This document shows positions 24,990 to 37,993 of a stretch of DNA of 64,000 nucleotides, piece by piece. How positions within the stretch are numbered: the stretch's first letter is position 1; each line of letters starts with the position of its first letter. The notes beneath the pieces were generated by a model. The model made no database searches, was not told where the DNA came from, and saw only the letters and a program-made list of their open reading frames with translations. The translations under genes were made by a program, and so were the position numbers. Origin of the DNA: Octopus vulgaris (taxonomy: Eukaryota); assembly GCA_951406725.2 (NCBI GenBank), contig OX597822.1:88102001-88166000 (forward strand), in the 5' to 3' direction.

Positions 24990-25499
24990 GTAAATAAAAA
25001 TGGTTTCAAATTTTGGCACAAGGCCAGCAATTTCAGGGGAAGACGCTAGTCAATTACATTGACTCCAGTGTTTAACTGGTACTTATTTTATTGACCTTGA
25101 AAAGATAAAAGGCAAAGTTGACCTTGGTGGAGTTTGAACTCAAAATAAAGAAAAACAAAATGCCGCTAAACATTTTGCCTGGCATGCTAATGATTGTGCC
25201 AGCTTGCCACTTTCTATTATCAGAGGTGTGGTGGTGTCACATCTGCTTTGTGGGTGCTGTGAAAACGTTGAAATGATGCCACAGGAGGCAATTTAGCAAG
25301 GGAATTATGAAGAATTATGTCCTTACCCCTCAAACTTTGAGTGAATTTGTGATGCAGCAAAGGTGGGGTGAGTTAATATGTGTGTAGAGAGAGTTGAAGG
25401 GATTGATATGTTTGCAAGGTTAATATTTGTATAGTGGATTTTTATTGGAGACATTTAACCCCCTTGTGTGGGTGCATTGTGTGTATGTATCTGTGTGTA

Positions 25500-26230
25500 T
25501 AGTTTGGCCAAAACTTTGCTGGGTTCTCAAAATATGTGGTGAAAGACCTAACGTTTATAATTATGATGGAGCCTGTAGGTAAGCCATAATGTGGAAGTGA
25601 GCTAAATATTTCTCTCCTGCTTTATAGGTAGATGCCTGGGTGAAAAAAATGTTTAAAAGATTCTTTGCTCAGCTAGCAAAGCCTGCACTTCCAGCTACTG
25701 TTAAAATAAGGCTTGAGTTTTTCCATGATTTTCCACTTGATGTTGAAAAACCATGGCACTTTCCTTCAATGGTTGTATATGCCTAGCCAGGGCTGTGACA
25801 TTGTATCTCTCCTGGATATTAAAGGAGGACTAATAGATGTACAGTCTGATCCTGAAAGGATCTTCTGTTACACCCACATACTACTCCTTGTTTGACTGCC
25901 CACTTGGGTCCTTTGATGATTGTCTCTTTGTTGTAGTGGTTGTTAAGGGAGCATGTCGTGTTGTTTCTGCATAAGCACTCTGTCTTAGGTGTGGGCCTAC
26001 CTTCTAATATTTTCTTTATACTAGATGCACAGCTAAAAGAATCTCTTAAAGTGTGCCTATTAAATATTTTACAGAACTTATTCATATGGGGAAAGTGTTT
26101 ATCCACTAAGCTGAGGAAGATCTTATCTACACAAGTTTTTATGCTTAGGGAGAAGTGGAGTGTGAACCTCAATACTTTCCAGTGGTGTATTCTTTGCTTG
26201 ATGTTTTAGGCACTGAGTAATCCCTCTCCT
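25500..26230 (-). mobile_element. Penelope-like (Neptune-type) fragment
   Basis: KIFLSLVDKHFP...KIFNRHTL..SFSC and C.CR...C linker; CRLC further downstream. Confidence 0.7.
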
Positions 26231-27489
26231 TACACTGAATGGATGGTGGGAATTGAAATAGAGGTATCATCCAGTGAAGGTCGGCTTGCGGTATATGGAT
26301 GTCCTGAATCCATATTTCATGCGTGTTATTAATAGGTCCACGAATGCTAGCTGATTGTCTTTATCCTTTTCCATTGTGAACTGTATGGATGACTTTGAGT
26401 TTACATAATCTAACAGCACTTGGACATCTTCCTGGTAGAGCCAGAGTATAAAGGTGTCATCAACATATCACAGCCATAGGGTTGGTTTTAGTGGTGTTGA
26501 TCCTAAAGCCAAATTCTCAAAGTATTCCAAGTATATATTGGCTTTGAGAATTTGGCTTTAGGATCAACACCACTAAAACCAACCCTATGGCTGCAATATG
26601 CTGATGACATCTTTATGCTCTGGCCCCACTAGGAAGATATCCAAGTGCTGTTAGATTATGTGAACTCAATAAAGCCATCCATACAGTTCACAATGGAAAA
26701 GGAAATAACACACACCAAGTATGGATTCAGGGCATCCGTATACCGCAAGCCGACCTTCACTGTGCGATACCTCAACTTCAATTCCCACCATCTATACAGT
26801 GTAAAGAGAGGGTCTGCTCAGTGCCTGAAACATCGAGCAAAGAATATAAGTAGCAATCGCGATACACACCATGAAGAAATGATCAAGCTCAGTAACAATC
26901 TATTAAGCAACAACTACCCCAAAAACATACTATCCACTCCAATTATGAAGAAAAAAGAGGATGAAACCAATAAACTGTCCACATTCTGTCTACCCTATGT
27001 GAAAGGACTCTCCAAAAAGATAAAAAAAGATATGCAGCCCATATGACATCAGGACAGTATTCAAGAGTAATACAACACTTCGCAAATATCTCCTGCGAGT
27101 AAAACTACCAATAGAAGAGAATATGACCAAAGACTGCATGTACTCCATCCCATGCAGCTGTGGTAGGTTATACAAAGGTGAAACATGCTGCCCCCTCAAA
27201 ATAAGGGTAGATGAACATCACAAAGCTGACACAAGGAGATATTGACAAATCGGGTATAGCTGATCATGTATGGAAAAATGGAGACCACCTCCCCCTGTGG
27301 GATGACATTAAAATAATAGACAGAGAACACCACTGGAAAATACGAAGACTAAAAGGAGCAGCACATATGCTAGGACACAACAACCTCCTAAGCAGACCGA
27401 GTGCAGATATGAGTAGCATATGGGAACTGGTATTAAGGAAGGATAGGGAAATATTTATAATCCCTAAGATTCACTCCATAATTGCCCAC

Positions 27490-27562
27490 GGGCATATAGC
27501 GTAGTGGTTAAGAATGCAGGCTACTGACCCCAAGATCCCCAGTTTGATTCCAGACAGTGACC
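27490..27562 (+). other. tRNA-like Pol III head inside the PLE 3' region (not a functional tRNA)
   Basis: A box TAGCGTAGTGG, B-box-like GTTTGATTCC, about 73 nt, imperfect acceptor and anticodon stems. Confidence 0.65.
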
Positions 27563-27690
27563 TGAATAATAATGATAATAATAATAATAATGATGATAAT
27601 GATAATAATTATAATAATAATAATAATAATAATAATAGTAACATCGAAAAATACCTTAGGAATGAGAACCCAGGTTTGAAATTTCTCCAA

Positions 27691-27736
27691 GACACCTGAT
27701 GAAGGCTGGAGGGTATATCAGCCGAAACATTGTGTT
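27691..27736 (+). ncRNA. Minimal type I hammerhead motif at PLE 3' end
   Basis: GACAC-CTGATGA-A-GGCTG(10 nt)CAGCC-GAAA-CA-TT^GTGTT; helix III probably ACGT decayed to ACAT. Confidence 0.75.
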
Positions 27737-27920
27737 AACAACAAACAAGATGAGGACAAATATCTGTCAAATGTAAATAATGTACATAATTCCTCATCTC
27801 TTAAATATAGTACTGAATGAAACTAACACTGGCTTGTCAGTCGGTGGTGGTGGACAAACACAAAGACACAAAACCTAATTAGAAATTATTATTATCACTT
27901 TTTCTTTTTTCTATTTACAG

Positions 27921-28045
27921 ATTCCCTCCAGTGTTACCCGAAATAGATACCATGGAGCAATAGAAGGTTTCACGTTCAATGATTACATCTTAGGGCTGTG
28001 GAACTTTGCTTTTGGAGAAAATAATTTTGCAGGATTCCGCAATAG
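27921..28045 (+). CDS. Laminin alpha exon 11 (LG1 end) IPSSV...LGLWNF...FRN
   Basis: tacag|ATT ... AG|gtattt, phase 0/2. Confidence 0.92.
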
Positions 28046-28049
28046 GTAT

Positions 28050-28476
28050 TTACTCTTTTTACTCTTTTACTCTTTTACTTGTTTCAGTCATTTGACTGCG
28101 GCCATGCTGGAGCACCGCCTTTAGTCAAGCAAATCGACCCCAGGACTTATTCTTTGTAAGCCTAGTACTTATTCTATCGGTCTGTTTTGCCGAACCGCTA
28201 AGTTACGGGGACATGAACACACCAGCATCGGTAGTCAAGCGATGTTGGGAGGACAAACACAGACACACAAACACATGCATATATATATATACATATATGT
28301 ATATACATATACACGACAGGCTTCTTTCAGTTTCCGTCTACCAATCCACTCACAAGGCTTTGGTCGGCCCGAGGCTATAGTAGAAGACACTTGCCCAAAG
28401 TGCTGCGCAGTGGCACTGAACCCAGAACCATGTGGTTGGTAAGCAAGCTACTTACCACACATCCACTCCTGCGCCT
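28050..28476 (-). mobile_element. Young full-length SINE family A copy directly after the exon 11 donor
   Basis: CpGs retained, (TACTCTTT)n tail, head reads GGCGCAGGAGTGGATGTGTGGTAAG on minus. Confidence 0.85.
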
Positions 28477-28905
28477 ATTTGAATCTTTCTATGAATTAAC
28501 TATTTTCTACATTTCCTTCAATATTTTGCTCTGCATTATTATTATTACTATTATCATCATTGCCACTGCTACCATGCTGTTGTTGTTGTTGAGGTAGTGA
28601 GCTGGTAGATTCGTTAGCACACTACTAAATGCTTAGTGGCATTTCTTCTGGCACTACTTTCTTAGTTCAAATTACACCAAGGTTAGTTTTGCCTTTTATC
28701 CTTTTAGGATCCATGAAATAAGTACCAGTTGAGCCTGGGGTTGATGTAAATTACCATTCCCCTTCCCACCAAAATTTCAGGTTTTGTGCTTCTAATAGAA
28801 AGGATTATTATTATTATTATTATTTTTCCTTCTTTCTTCAAATATTATTATTGTTGTTGTTGTTGCTGTTGTCGTCGTCGTTGGTGGCGGCAGCGTCGTC
28901 GTCAT

Positions 28906-28958
<53 letters not shown>

Positions 28959-29991
28959 TTATTATTATCATTATTATTATTATTATTATTAAGGCTGTGA
29001 GCTGGCAGAATTGTTAGCACGCTGGATGAAATACTTAGTATTTTGCCCGTCGCTATGTTCTGAGTTCAAATTCCACCGAGGTTGACTTTGCTTTTCATCT
29101 TTTTGGGGTTGATAAATTAAGTAGCAGTGAAACACTGGAGTTGATGTAATTGACCAGTCTCTTCCCTGCAAATTTCAGACCTTGTGCCTTTAGTGAAAAT
29201 TATTATTATTATTATTATTATCGTTTTTTAGTGCTTGCCACCAAAGTGACACGGGTACAAATATACAAAGCCCAATATACCCTTCTGACTAGGCATCTGA
29301 TTAGGGACCACCAGGCACATGCATCACACCATATATGTGTGATATGGTGATATCATATCATGATAAACAGTGCATGACCTTGCAGTGGTATAACCAGTTG
29401 AACATGTCCTTTAGTGGATCATGAGCAGAAGTAGTAGGGGAGGGCGTATCATTGCCACGTGTTGAGAAGAATTCTATGGGGTTCGAGTAATTCACCTCTG
29501 GAAACATGGTTGTTTTGTTCAACATCCTTAAACAACTCTTATTCAGAACCTTTTGAGCAGGTTGGGCTACTCAACCTGAAGAAAATTCTAACTGGGCCCA
29601 ACCTGCAAGATCATGCCCTGTTTATCTTGATATGAGAACACCATGTCGCACACATATGGTTGTGATCCATGTGCCTGGTGTACCCTTATCGGACGGGTAG
29701 TCATAATGGGTATGCTGGACTTCGTATATTTTATCCCAGTGTCATTTCGATGGCATGCATGGCTCTCTCACTCAATAATAATAATGATAATAATAACAAT
29801 GATAATAATAATAATAAGAAGAAGAAGAAGAAGGAGAAGGAGGAGGAGGATAATGATAATGACAACGACAACGACAATGATAATAATAATGACAATAATA
29901 ATAGTTTCATATTTTGGCGCAAGACTAGCAGTTTTCAGGGGAGGGAGTTAGTGAATACCATCAATCCCAGTACTTTATTGGTACTTTATTT

Positions 29992-30704
29992 CGTGTCAGG
30001 GCAACTGATACCAGGACAACTCATTCCTGGGCATCTCATATCAAACAACTCATACCTGGACAATTGATAACAGGACAACTCATAACAGGTATAAAGTGAT
30101 AAAGATTTAGTTTTGAAAGAAAAATCAAGTAAGAATAAAATAATTGCACACACCACATATATGCATACCACACAGACACACACACACAAATACACACACA
30201 CACATACACACACACACAAATACACACCACACACACATACACACAAATACACACACACAAATACGCACGCAAATATGCACCATACATACACATATTACAT
30301 ACTCACACACACACACACCACATACATACACACACCACATACACACATACCACATGCACACAAATACACATCACATATACATGCACACACACACAAATAC
30401 ATACTACATACAAATTAAATACCACACACACACACATACCACATACACACACACACACAAATACACACTCATACATACACCAGACACACACACATACATA
30501 CACAGACCACATGCACACACAAAAATACACAACTACGTGCACACAAACACACACACACATGCACCCACATATACACACACACACACCACACACATACAAA
30601 ATTTCTTTCAAAATTTTATCTTTTTCATGTTATACTTGTTATCAGTTGTCCTAGATATCAATTGTCCAGGTATGAGCTGTCCTGGTATCAATTACCCTAG
30701 AACC
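29992..30704. mobile_element. Foldback/Mutator-like non-autonomous element with 15-bp subrepeat TIRs and 9-bp TSD
   Basis: ACTTTATTT at 29983-29991 and 30705-30713; arms of GGACAACTCATACCT-like units inverted; CA-rich core; inserted in a SINE B copy. Confidence 0.75.
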
Positions 30705-31909
30705 ACTTTATTTTATGGATGAAAAGATAAGTTGACTATGGCAGAATCTAAGCTTGGAATATAAAGAGTAGGAATGAATATCACTAAGCATTTTGTCTGA
30801 TGTGGTAAACACTCTGCCAGTTCACCACTTTCTGTGTAATAATAGTAATATTATATAATAATAATAATAATACTCATCGTTTAACGTCTGCTTTCCATGC
30901 TAGCAGGGGTTGGACGATTTGACTGAGGGCTGGCGAACCAGATGGCTGCACCAGGCTCCAATCTTGATCTGACAGAGTTTCTACAGCTGGATGCCCTTCC
31001 TAATGCCAACCACTCAGAGAGTGTAGTGGGTGCTTTTACATGCCACCAGCATGGGGGCTAGTCAGGTGGTAGTGGCAATGACCTCACTTGAATCTTTTTA
31101 TACATGCCACTGGCACGGAAGCCAGTTAGCCGCTTTGGCAACTATCACACTTGGATGGTGCTCTTAGCACCCTACTAGCATGGGGCACAAGTGCCAGTAA
31201 GGCAATGTTGGTAACGATCACACTTGAATGGTGCCTTTTATGTGCCACTGGCACAGAAGCCTGTTAGCCACTCTGTCAACGATCACACTCATATGGTGCT
31301 CTTTGCACCCTGCTAGCACGGATGCCAGTTGTCGAATTTGATTTTGATTTCACTTGCCTCAATAGGTCTTTGCAAGCAGAGTTTAGTGTCCAAAGAAGGA
31401 AAAGGTATGCATAAGTGGGCTGGTTACGCCCCTGGTATAGGCCACGAGATTATTATTATTATTATACAGAATAATAATAATATTCTTTATAATAATATAC
31501 AGAATATTATCATTTGGTAAATAGAAACTGAAAGAAGCCTATCGTGTGTGTGTGCATGTGTGCGTGTGCCCTTGTCTTGACTTCATGTGATGATTGTAAG
31601 TGAGCAACTCTGTCATACCTGCATTATTGTTCATTTCCAGTCTTCCAAGGAAAGCATATTTGGCCATATTTGGCCATTGTCTTGCTTGGAATCAAGTGAG
31701 AGTTGGAGGCTATAGAAAATTTGTTTTAACAAATTCTGTCTGATCCATACAAGCATGAAAATGTGGCTGTTGTTGATGAGGAGGAGGATTTAATGTGCTG
31801 AAAAAATTGTGTTGTGACCTTAAACTGAGACTTAAACTCAATTCAACTGAAAACCTTGCATTTTTGTCATTAATCTATTTACATTCTTTTCTATTTTGTA
31901 TTCCTGCAG

Positions 31910-32241
31910 AAAAGTATCTGCAACTACTGTAAACGATGGTTATCGCTTTGATGGGAGAAGTTATGCCAAACTGAAAGTTCAGCCAACTTTTTCATCTAGA
32001 TTTGCAATATCAATGGAATTTAAAACCTCTAAACCAAATGGCTTGTTGATGTTGATGTATCATAACAGTGCGACTGATTTTGCTTCACTTCACCTTGAAG
32101 ATGGTCACCTGGTCTACCAGTATGAATTAGGTAGTGGACGTCTTGTTCTGAGAACTAACAACACTTTTAATGATGGAAAATGGCACAGTGTAAAGGTCAG
32201 CAGGAGAAAACAGCAGGGTTTGATAAAATGTGATTCAGTGC
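31910..32241 (+). CDS. Laminin alpha exon 12 (LG2) ...YRFDGRSYA...FNDGKWHSV...CDSV
   Basis: tgcag|A ... C|gtaagt, phase 2/1; matches ORF 31896..32333. Confidence 0.95.
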
Positions 32242-32708
32242 GTAAGTATAAATGCTTTCTCTCTCTATGTCTCTCTCCATCCATCCATCCATCTTTCTTT
32301 TTTTCTTTCTCTGAATTTCAACTTTTAGCCTAGGTAAGATCCGAGATATTCATTAAAAATCATTTTAGCAGAATTAACATTTTAGCATTTAAACTAGCCA
32401 TATCAGGCTGTTTTACCTTCAGATCAGCTAGATTTTTGCCTTTCACACCTACCCTACAATGTCATTCTAAAAATACACAATTGCATCATTGAAAACTCAA
32501 AGCTGAGACAGTGCATGATCATTTAAAACAATGCAAATAAATATTAGTTTTGAGAAAGTAATTTGAATTTGAAAGGGTTACAGTCTACTTATTTTATCTT
32601 ACGATTGATGAAGAATCAGATTATTGGTTACAAGACTCCCATGAGTCAAGAACTAGTTAATTGCATTTCTGAAAGTCAGAGTGTTTGTAATTTGTGTGTG
32701 TGTATATA

Positions 32709-32936
32709 CAGTAATCCCTTATCATATCGTGGTTCACCTATCACGGTTTATTATTCAAGCTTATGTCGATTCTTCCACGGTGTGGTTTTGCATTTTTAAT
32801 AAACTAAATATATACAAATTATAAAAATAATAAAGAAAATATTCAGTACAGTACTGTTTCTACTTCACTGATATTTTTTTTCACCTATCACGGGTGTTTT
32901 TGGAACGTAACACCTGCAATAGTCAAGGGATTACTG
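32709..32936. mobile_element. pogo/Tigger-like MITE
   Basis: TIRs CAGTAATCCCTT / AAGGGATTACTG, preceded by TA. Confidence 0.75.
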
Positions 32937-32958
32937 TGTGTGTGTATATATATGTATC

Positions 32959-33039
<81 letters not shown>

Positions 33040-33276
33040 TTATTGATAAAAACGGTAATATAACAAAAGAAAGAAAGAGACCTAGATATTATGTAAATAG
33101 AGGAATTAATCTGTAAATGTGTAGGCATGAACAGGCGCACTTATGCGAATACTATGAACTTTTTACTCCCTTACTTAGCGGTCATTCGAATAGCTCTTTT
33201 GTCTTAATAACGGTCAATCACACAGTAATTTCCCTTTGTATAATGGTAATTTTTCATAGCGTTTTTCCAATGGTCA

Positions 33277-33337
33277 GATAACTGAAGAGATGGCGGCATG
33301 GATTTCCACCTCAGCATCCGAAACTCGGAGTTTTATC
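33277..33337 (+). ncRNA. Type I hammerhead motif
   Basis: GATAA-CTGAAGA-GATG...CATC-C-GAAA-CTC(G)GAG-TT^TTATC. Confidence 0.7.
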
Positions 33338-33431
33338 ATGGCTACAGAATAATTGTCACATATTACATTTACAGATATATATATATATATGTATATATGT
33401 ATCAAAAGAAAAACAGGATGCAAAGGATTTT

Positions 33432-33518
33432 GCGATACATATGTTTCGGGCTTTATTGAACAACTTATATCAATGCATAATTGATATAACAGGTGGATCA
33501 AGAGCCTTCTTCAGCCGC
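33432..33518 (-). ncRNA. Type I hammerhead motif with long helix II
   Basis: Minus: GCGG-CTGAAGA-A-GGCT...TTATATCAAT/ATTGATATAA...AGCC-C-GAAA-CATATG-TA^TCGC. Confidence 0.72.
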
Positions 33519-33661
33519 GTACAATTACCACACCAAAGACATGTATCACATTATAACAGGTTTGAGAAAAAGTTTGAGAAAAAAACCGAGTATCATTGGG
33601 AAAGTAAATCCTCATAGTCGTACATGGTATTGCGAGACTCCAAAACAAATCGTCCATACCG

Positions 33662-33700
<39 letters not shown>

Positions 33701-34172
33701 TTGTGGATTCTCCTGTCTTAAGATAATGGATGAGGATTCTGCAATTTATTTTGATCAAGCTATACAGATGATTGTTTTTTGTGATCAAATATTTATGCTG
33801 CACATTAGCTCAATCCCTCCATCAGATTGACATTGCCTGAACATGTTGTGCCATATGTCAGGTGTCAAAGTGATCACAAAGCAACATGAGATGAAGTGTT
33901 TTGCTCAAGAACACAACACACCGACCAGTCTAGGAATTGAAACCACAATTTCATGATTGCAAGTGCAACACCTTAACCACTAGGCCATGCACCCTTATAT
34001 GCGCCTTCAGCCATTTGAGTTTGGTGAGTCACCTATACTGCTAAGCACTTTATAGATGCAAAACCAATGGTCATTTTATGACTAGCCATAATGTTTTAGA
34101 GTGTGCTTCTTTTTCGGATATATGAACTACTAATGAAGATACATACATACGTACATATCATCAAGAATGATG

Positions 34173-34209
<37 letters not shown>

Positions 34210-34499
34210 ATCATCATTATCATTTAAGATCTTTTTTCATGTTGGCGTGATCGCTTTAACCTTTTTATTAACACATTTCTAAAATACACTGCCTTTATTT
34301 CAATTTATTTTAAAATAATGAAGAATTTAGTAAAATAACTTTGTCACCATTAAGCTGATGTTTGGAACATAAATTAACGTAGAATTTTTGATGACAGATT
34401 TTAATTTAGTTCACTTCTAAAACAGGAAATCACAGAATCAGGAGTGGTTTCAGGCAGGTTATCAAAAGTGTTATAACCGAAATGTCCATCTTTTTTCAG

Positions 34500-34584
34500 T
34501 TTATACTGGGAATTCTCCTGGAACTATGAACAAGCTGTCAGTAAACGAGTTCTATGTTGGTGGATATACAGTACTACCTCCAAA
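34500..34584 (+). CDS. Laminin alpha exon 13 (LG2) YTGNSPGTMNKL...FYVGGY...PP
   Basis: ttcag|TT ... AA|gtaagg, phase 1/2. Confidence 0.9.
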
Positions 34585-37420
34585 GTAAGGACACCTTTAA
34601 TAATTTTTCATGTTCCCAAACCTGCCCCACATCAAACAGGAATACCAAATAAGCAATTATTATTTCTGTTTTTTTTTTTATTTCCCTGTTCTTATTATAC
34701 AGTGTCTAATTGTAAAATTGCCATCATTATCATCATCACCCCATAATTATTCCCCATCATCATCACTCTCCAGCTTGTTTTCTGTTATCACCGTCTTTAT
34801 AATTAACACTGTTTTTAAGATTGTTTTAATATTCATTATTCAGTATTTAAACAAATCTGTAATTAAGCATGTGACTTCTCATTTGTTACTTTGTGTCCTT
34901 TAAGAACACTAATGTCTGCAAGAATCACTACACTACTGCCGCTGCAGCAACAATGACAAAGATGCCAATAACCATTATTTTTAGATGTTCATTTTTAAGC
35001 AGACAAATGTCAGCATATTCTGTGGAGTCAGTTCTATCAGAAATGAGATATCACTGGGTTTCTTTGCTTTCTACATCATTCCCATGAAATAATGAATGAG
35101 AAATCACATACTGTATTACAGGTATATCCAAATATTGGATAATAAACATAAAAAAATTATTAATAACTAGACTACACATTTATGAAATTTTTACCTTATT
35201 TTTAAAGTCATTTTCACTTTAGAATATTTTTTAAATATGCCAAAGAAATGGTATTCACTTGAAAATAATTTTTAAAAAAATTAAAATATCATCTGTTTAA
35301 AGGAAGCTAAAATATAAATACTTACTCTACAAGCAACTTATATTTTTGAAATATTTCTAAATGATTAAAATATTGTGTTTAACAAAAGCAAAAATAGAAA
35401 CATTTGCTGTAAAAAAAATCGTATTTTTGGTTGTCGACTCACTGTCTAATAGAAAGATAAGAGTTACTTCTCTTTCAGGATGAAGATTATATGCAGAAAA
35501 TTTCCCATTATGCACCATTTTGGGTATTTATACCCCCAAAATCTCTAATATCTCGAAAACCACTTTACCAATTTACGCAAAACTTGTTTCATACCGTTCG
35601 TATTAACATTTCAGGGTAATTCAAAGTATTTTCCCATTATGTGCCAGTTTGGCTGAGTAACATTGCAAGCAAACATGATTCAAACTGATTTTTTTTGTAT
35701 TAAAGATAGATATTGATGGTGATAATAGAAACAATGCGCTGGATGACAACAATGAAAACGATGGTATTGATTATTATGATGGTGGTGATGGTATTGATGA
35801 CGATGATGACAATAATGGTAGTGATGAATATCATGATGATGAAGGTGGAATTGATGATGGTCATAATGATAGTGTTGATGATGATGATGAAGTAATGATG
35901 ATGGTGATGATAATGATAACGATGATAGTAATTATGGTTATGAAGGCACATGACTCAGTGGTTAGAGCGTTGGGTTCACAATCATAAGGTAGTGGGTTTG
36001 ATTCCTAGACTGGGCTATGTGTTGTCCTTGAGTAAGACACTTTATTTCACATTGCCCCAGTTCACTCAGCTGTAGAAATGAGTTGCAGCATCACTGATGT
36101 CAAGCTGTATTGGCCTTTGCTTTTTCCTTGGATAACATTGGTGGCATGGAGAGAGAAGGTTGGTATACATGGGCAACTGCTGGTCCTCCATAAATAACCA
36201 TGCCCAGATTTGTGCCTTGGAGAGTAACTTTCTAGTTGCAGTCCCATGGTCATTCATAACCGAAGGAGGTCTTTCTTTTAATTATGGTTATGGTTGTCTT
36301 CCATGGGTTGAACCATTTTTTTCCACCCATGATGTTGAACATAGATTTAGCTATAAGGTTAAAATTTTTGCTTTGCAATTATGTAGTCTTGCATTCAATC
36401 CATGCCTATGCTCGTTTTCACACAAGTAGGATGGAGGTCAGCATGCATAACATTTTACAGGGACAACAATATTGGTGGAAGGGAGAGCAGTGTCCATGAC
36501 ACTTTACAGAACCTCCATCACTGATAGAAGAGAGGGGTGAAGGTATCCGCAGACTGGAGACATATTGGATCAAGATGAAGATGTTCAAGAAGGTCGGGGG
36601 TGGGGGTGGTAAAGCAAGTGAAATGCGAAGTTGTGTCTGTCCTGCTGATGCTAATGTAAACAATGAAACTACAAGTCTGCCTATAAAGACCCAGTCTTCG
36701 GCAGCATGAAAAGGTAATGCTAAAAAACTGGCAGCATCGTGTTAAGGCTGTTGTTGTTTCATTCTCAAAATCACCACCATCATATAATCACAATCACCAT
36801 CATCATAACCATCACCACAACCACCACCATAACCACTACCATCATACACACCACCACCATAACCATCACAACAGTCATCTCTACCACTTTCATTATCACC
36901 ATCACAGCCCTCAACACCATCACTGCTGTTATCACTACCACCATCATTGCCACTGTCATAACATCACTATCTCTCCACCCCACCACCATCACCACTACAC
37001 TTTTATGTATGTTTTCTAGCCATTCTTTAATGCTATTTGTATTAATATTACTGTAAACAAAGGAACATTCATCCATTTTATTAATGATTTTACTTTTCTT
37101 GTTTTTCTCCATTGCAGTATTTTAATTCAAAAGTGAGTGTTTTGGTTTTTTCCCTCACCGTATTGGTTTAGGTGTTGCCTAATTACATCTATCTAGTGTC
37201 TAGCCAGCTATCTGTCTGTCTACTACCTATCTATTGCTTGATCTATCAGTCTTGCTAGCTAGCTAGCTAGCTGAATTGATAGGCAGCTAGATAGATGGTT
37301 GCTGTTTCTCCATCTCTCTCCCTATCTCTATTCATCTACCTATGTATTTATCTAGCTTTTTATCTATTAGTTTATCTATTAGTCTATCTATCTTTCTATC
37401 TATCTATCTATCTATCTATA

Positions 37421-37475
<55 letters not shown>

Positions 37476-37904
37476 TTATCTACCTACCTACCTATATATC
37501 TATCCCTCTTTCCACCCATCTGTCCATCTCTTTCTCCCTATCTTTGTAGCTACCCATCTGTCTACCTCTGTCTGCCTGTCTCTCTCTCTCTATATCTCTC
37601 TCCATCTCTCTTTGTTTCTATCTTATTCCTTTCCATTTCTCTCAACCCCTTTACCTTGGCTCACCCCAACTTGTCAGTGGTAAAATGGGCTGCCTACTTT
37701 TCAGACCTGTTTTCTTCTTTGCCATTATTGCAGCTCTGCACTGTTGCTTCACACGCTCTTTGTTTAAAATTTCTAAAAATTCTGGGGTTTTTCTTTTTCA
37801 CTTTGGTACACAATCAAAAAATAATCATGACAGTGTGGATCATCAAGACTTAGTGACCAAAGCCTTGTGAGTAGATTTGGTAGACGAAAACTGAAAGAAG
37901 CCTG

Positions 37905-37963
<59 letters not shown>

Positions 37964-37993
37964 CCAAATAAATAAAAAGGATATCCAAGGTAG

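Larger units (their letters stand above)
26273..27800 (+). mobile_element. Penelope-like retroelement, 5'-truncated, with inverted 5' RT segment
   Basis: RT motifs PTLWL.Y[AV]DD, SIQFTMEKE, VYRKPT, YLNFNSHH, LPYVKGLS; GIY-YIG YSIPCSCGRLYKGET, KSGIADHVW; 3' tRNA-like head, (AAT)n and hammerhead. Confidence 0.9.

Noticed and set aside
26645-27504. Intact autonomous transposon or domesticated gene
   Set aside because: PLE and all mariner/Tc1 frames carry stops, frameshifts or truncations.
27490-27562. Functional tRNA gene
   Set aside because: Acceptor and anticodon stems do not pair properly and the B box is mutated; embedded in a retroelement.
27921-28045. Missing disulfide cysteines at the end of LG1 (YHGAIE...NNFAG)
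   Set aside because: As I recall, insect LanA LG1 also lacks them, so this is likely a subfamily trait rather than a novelty.
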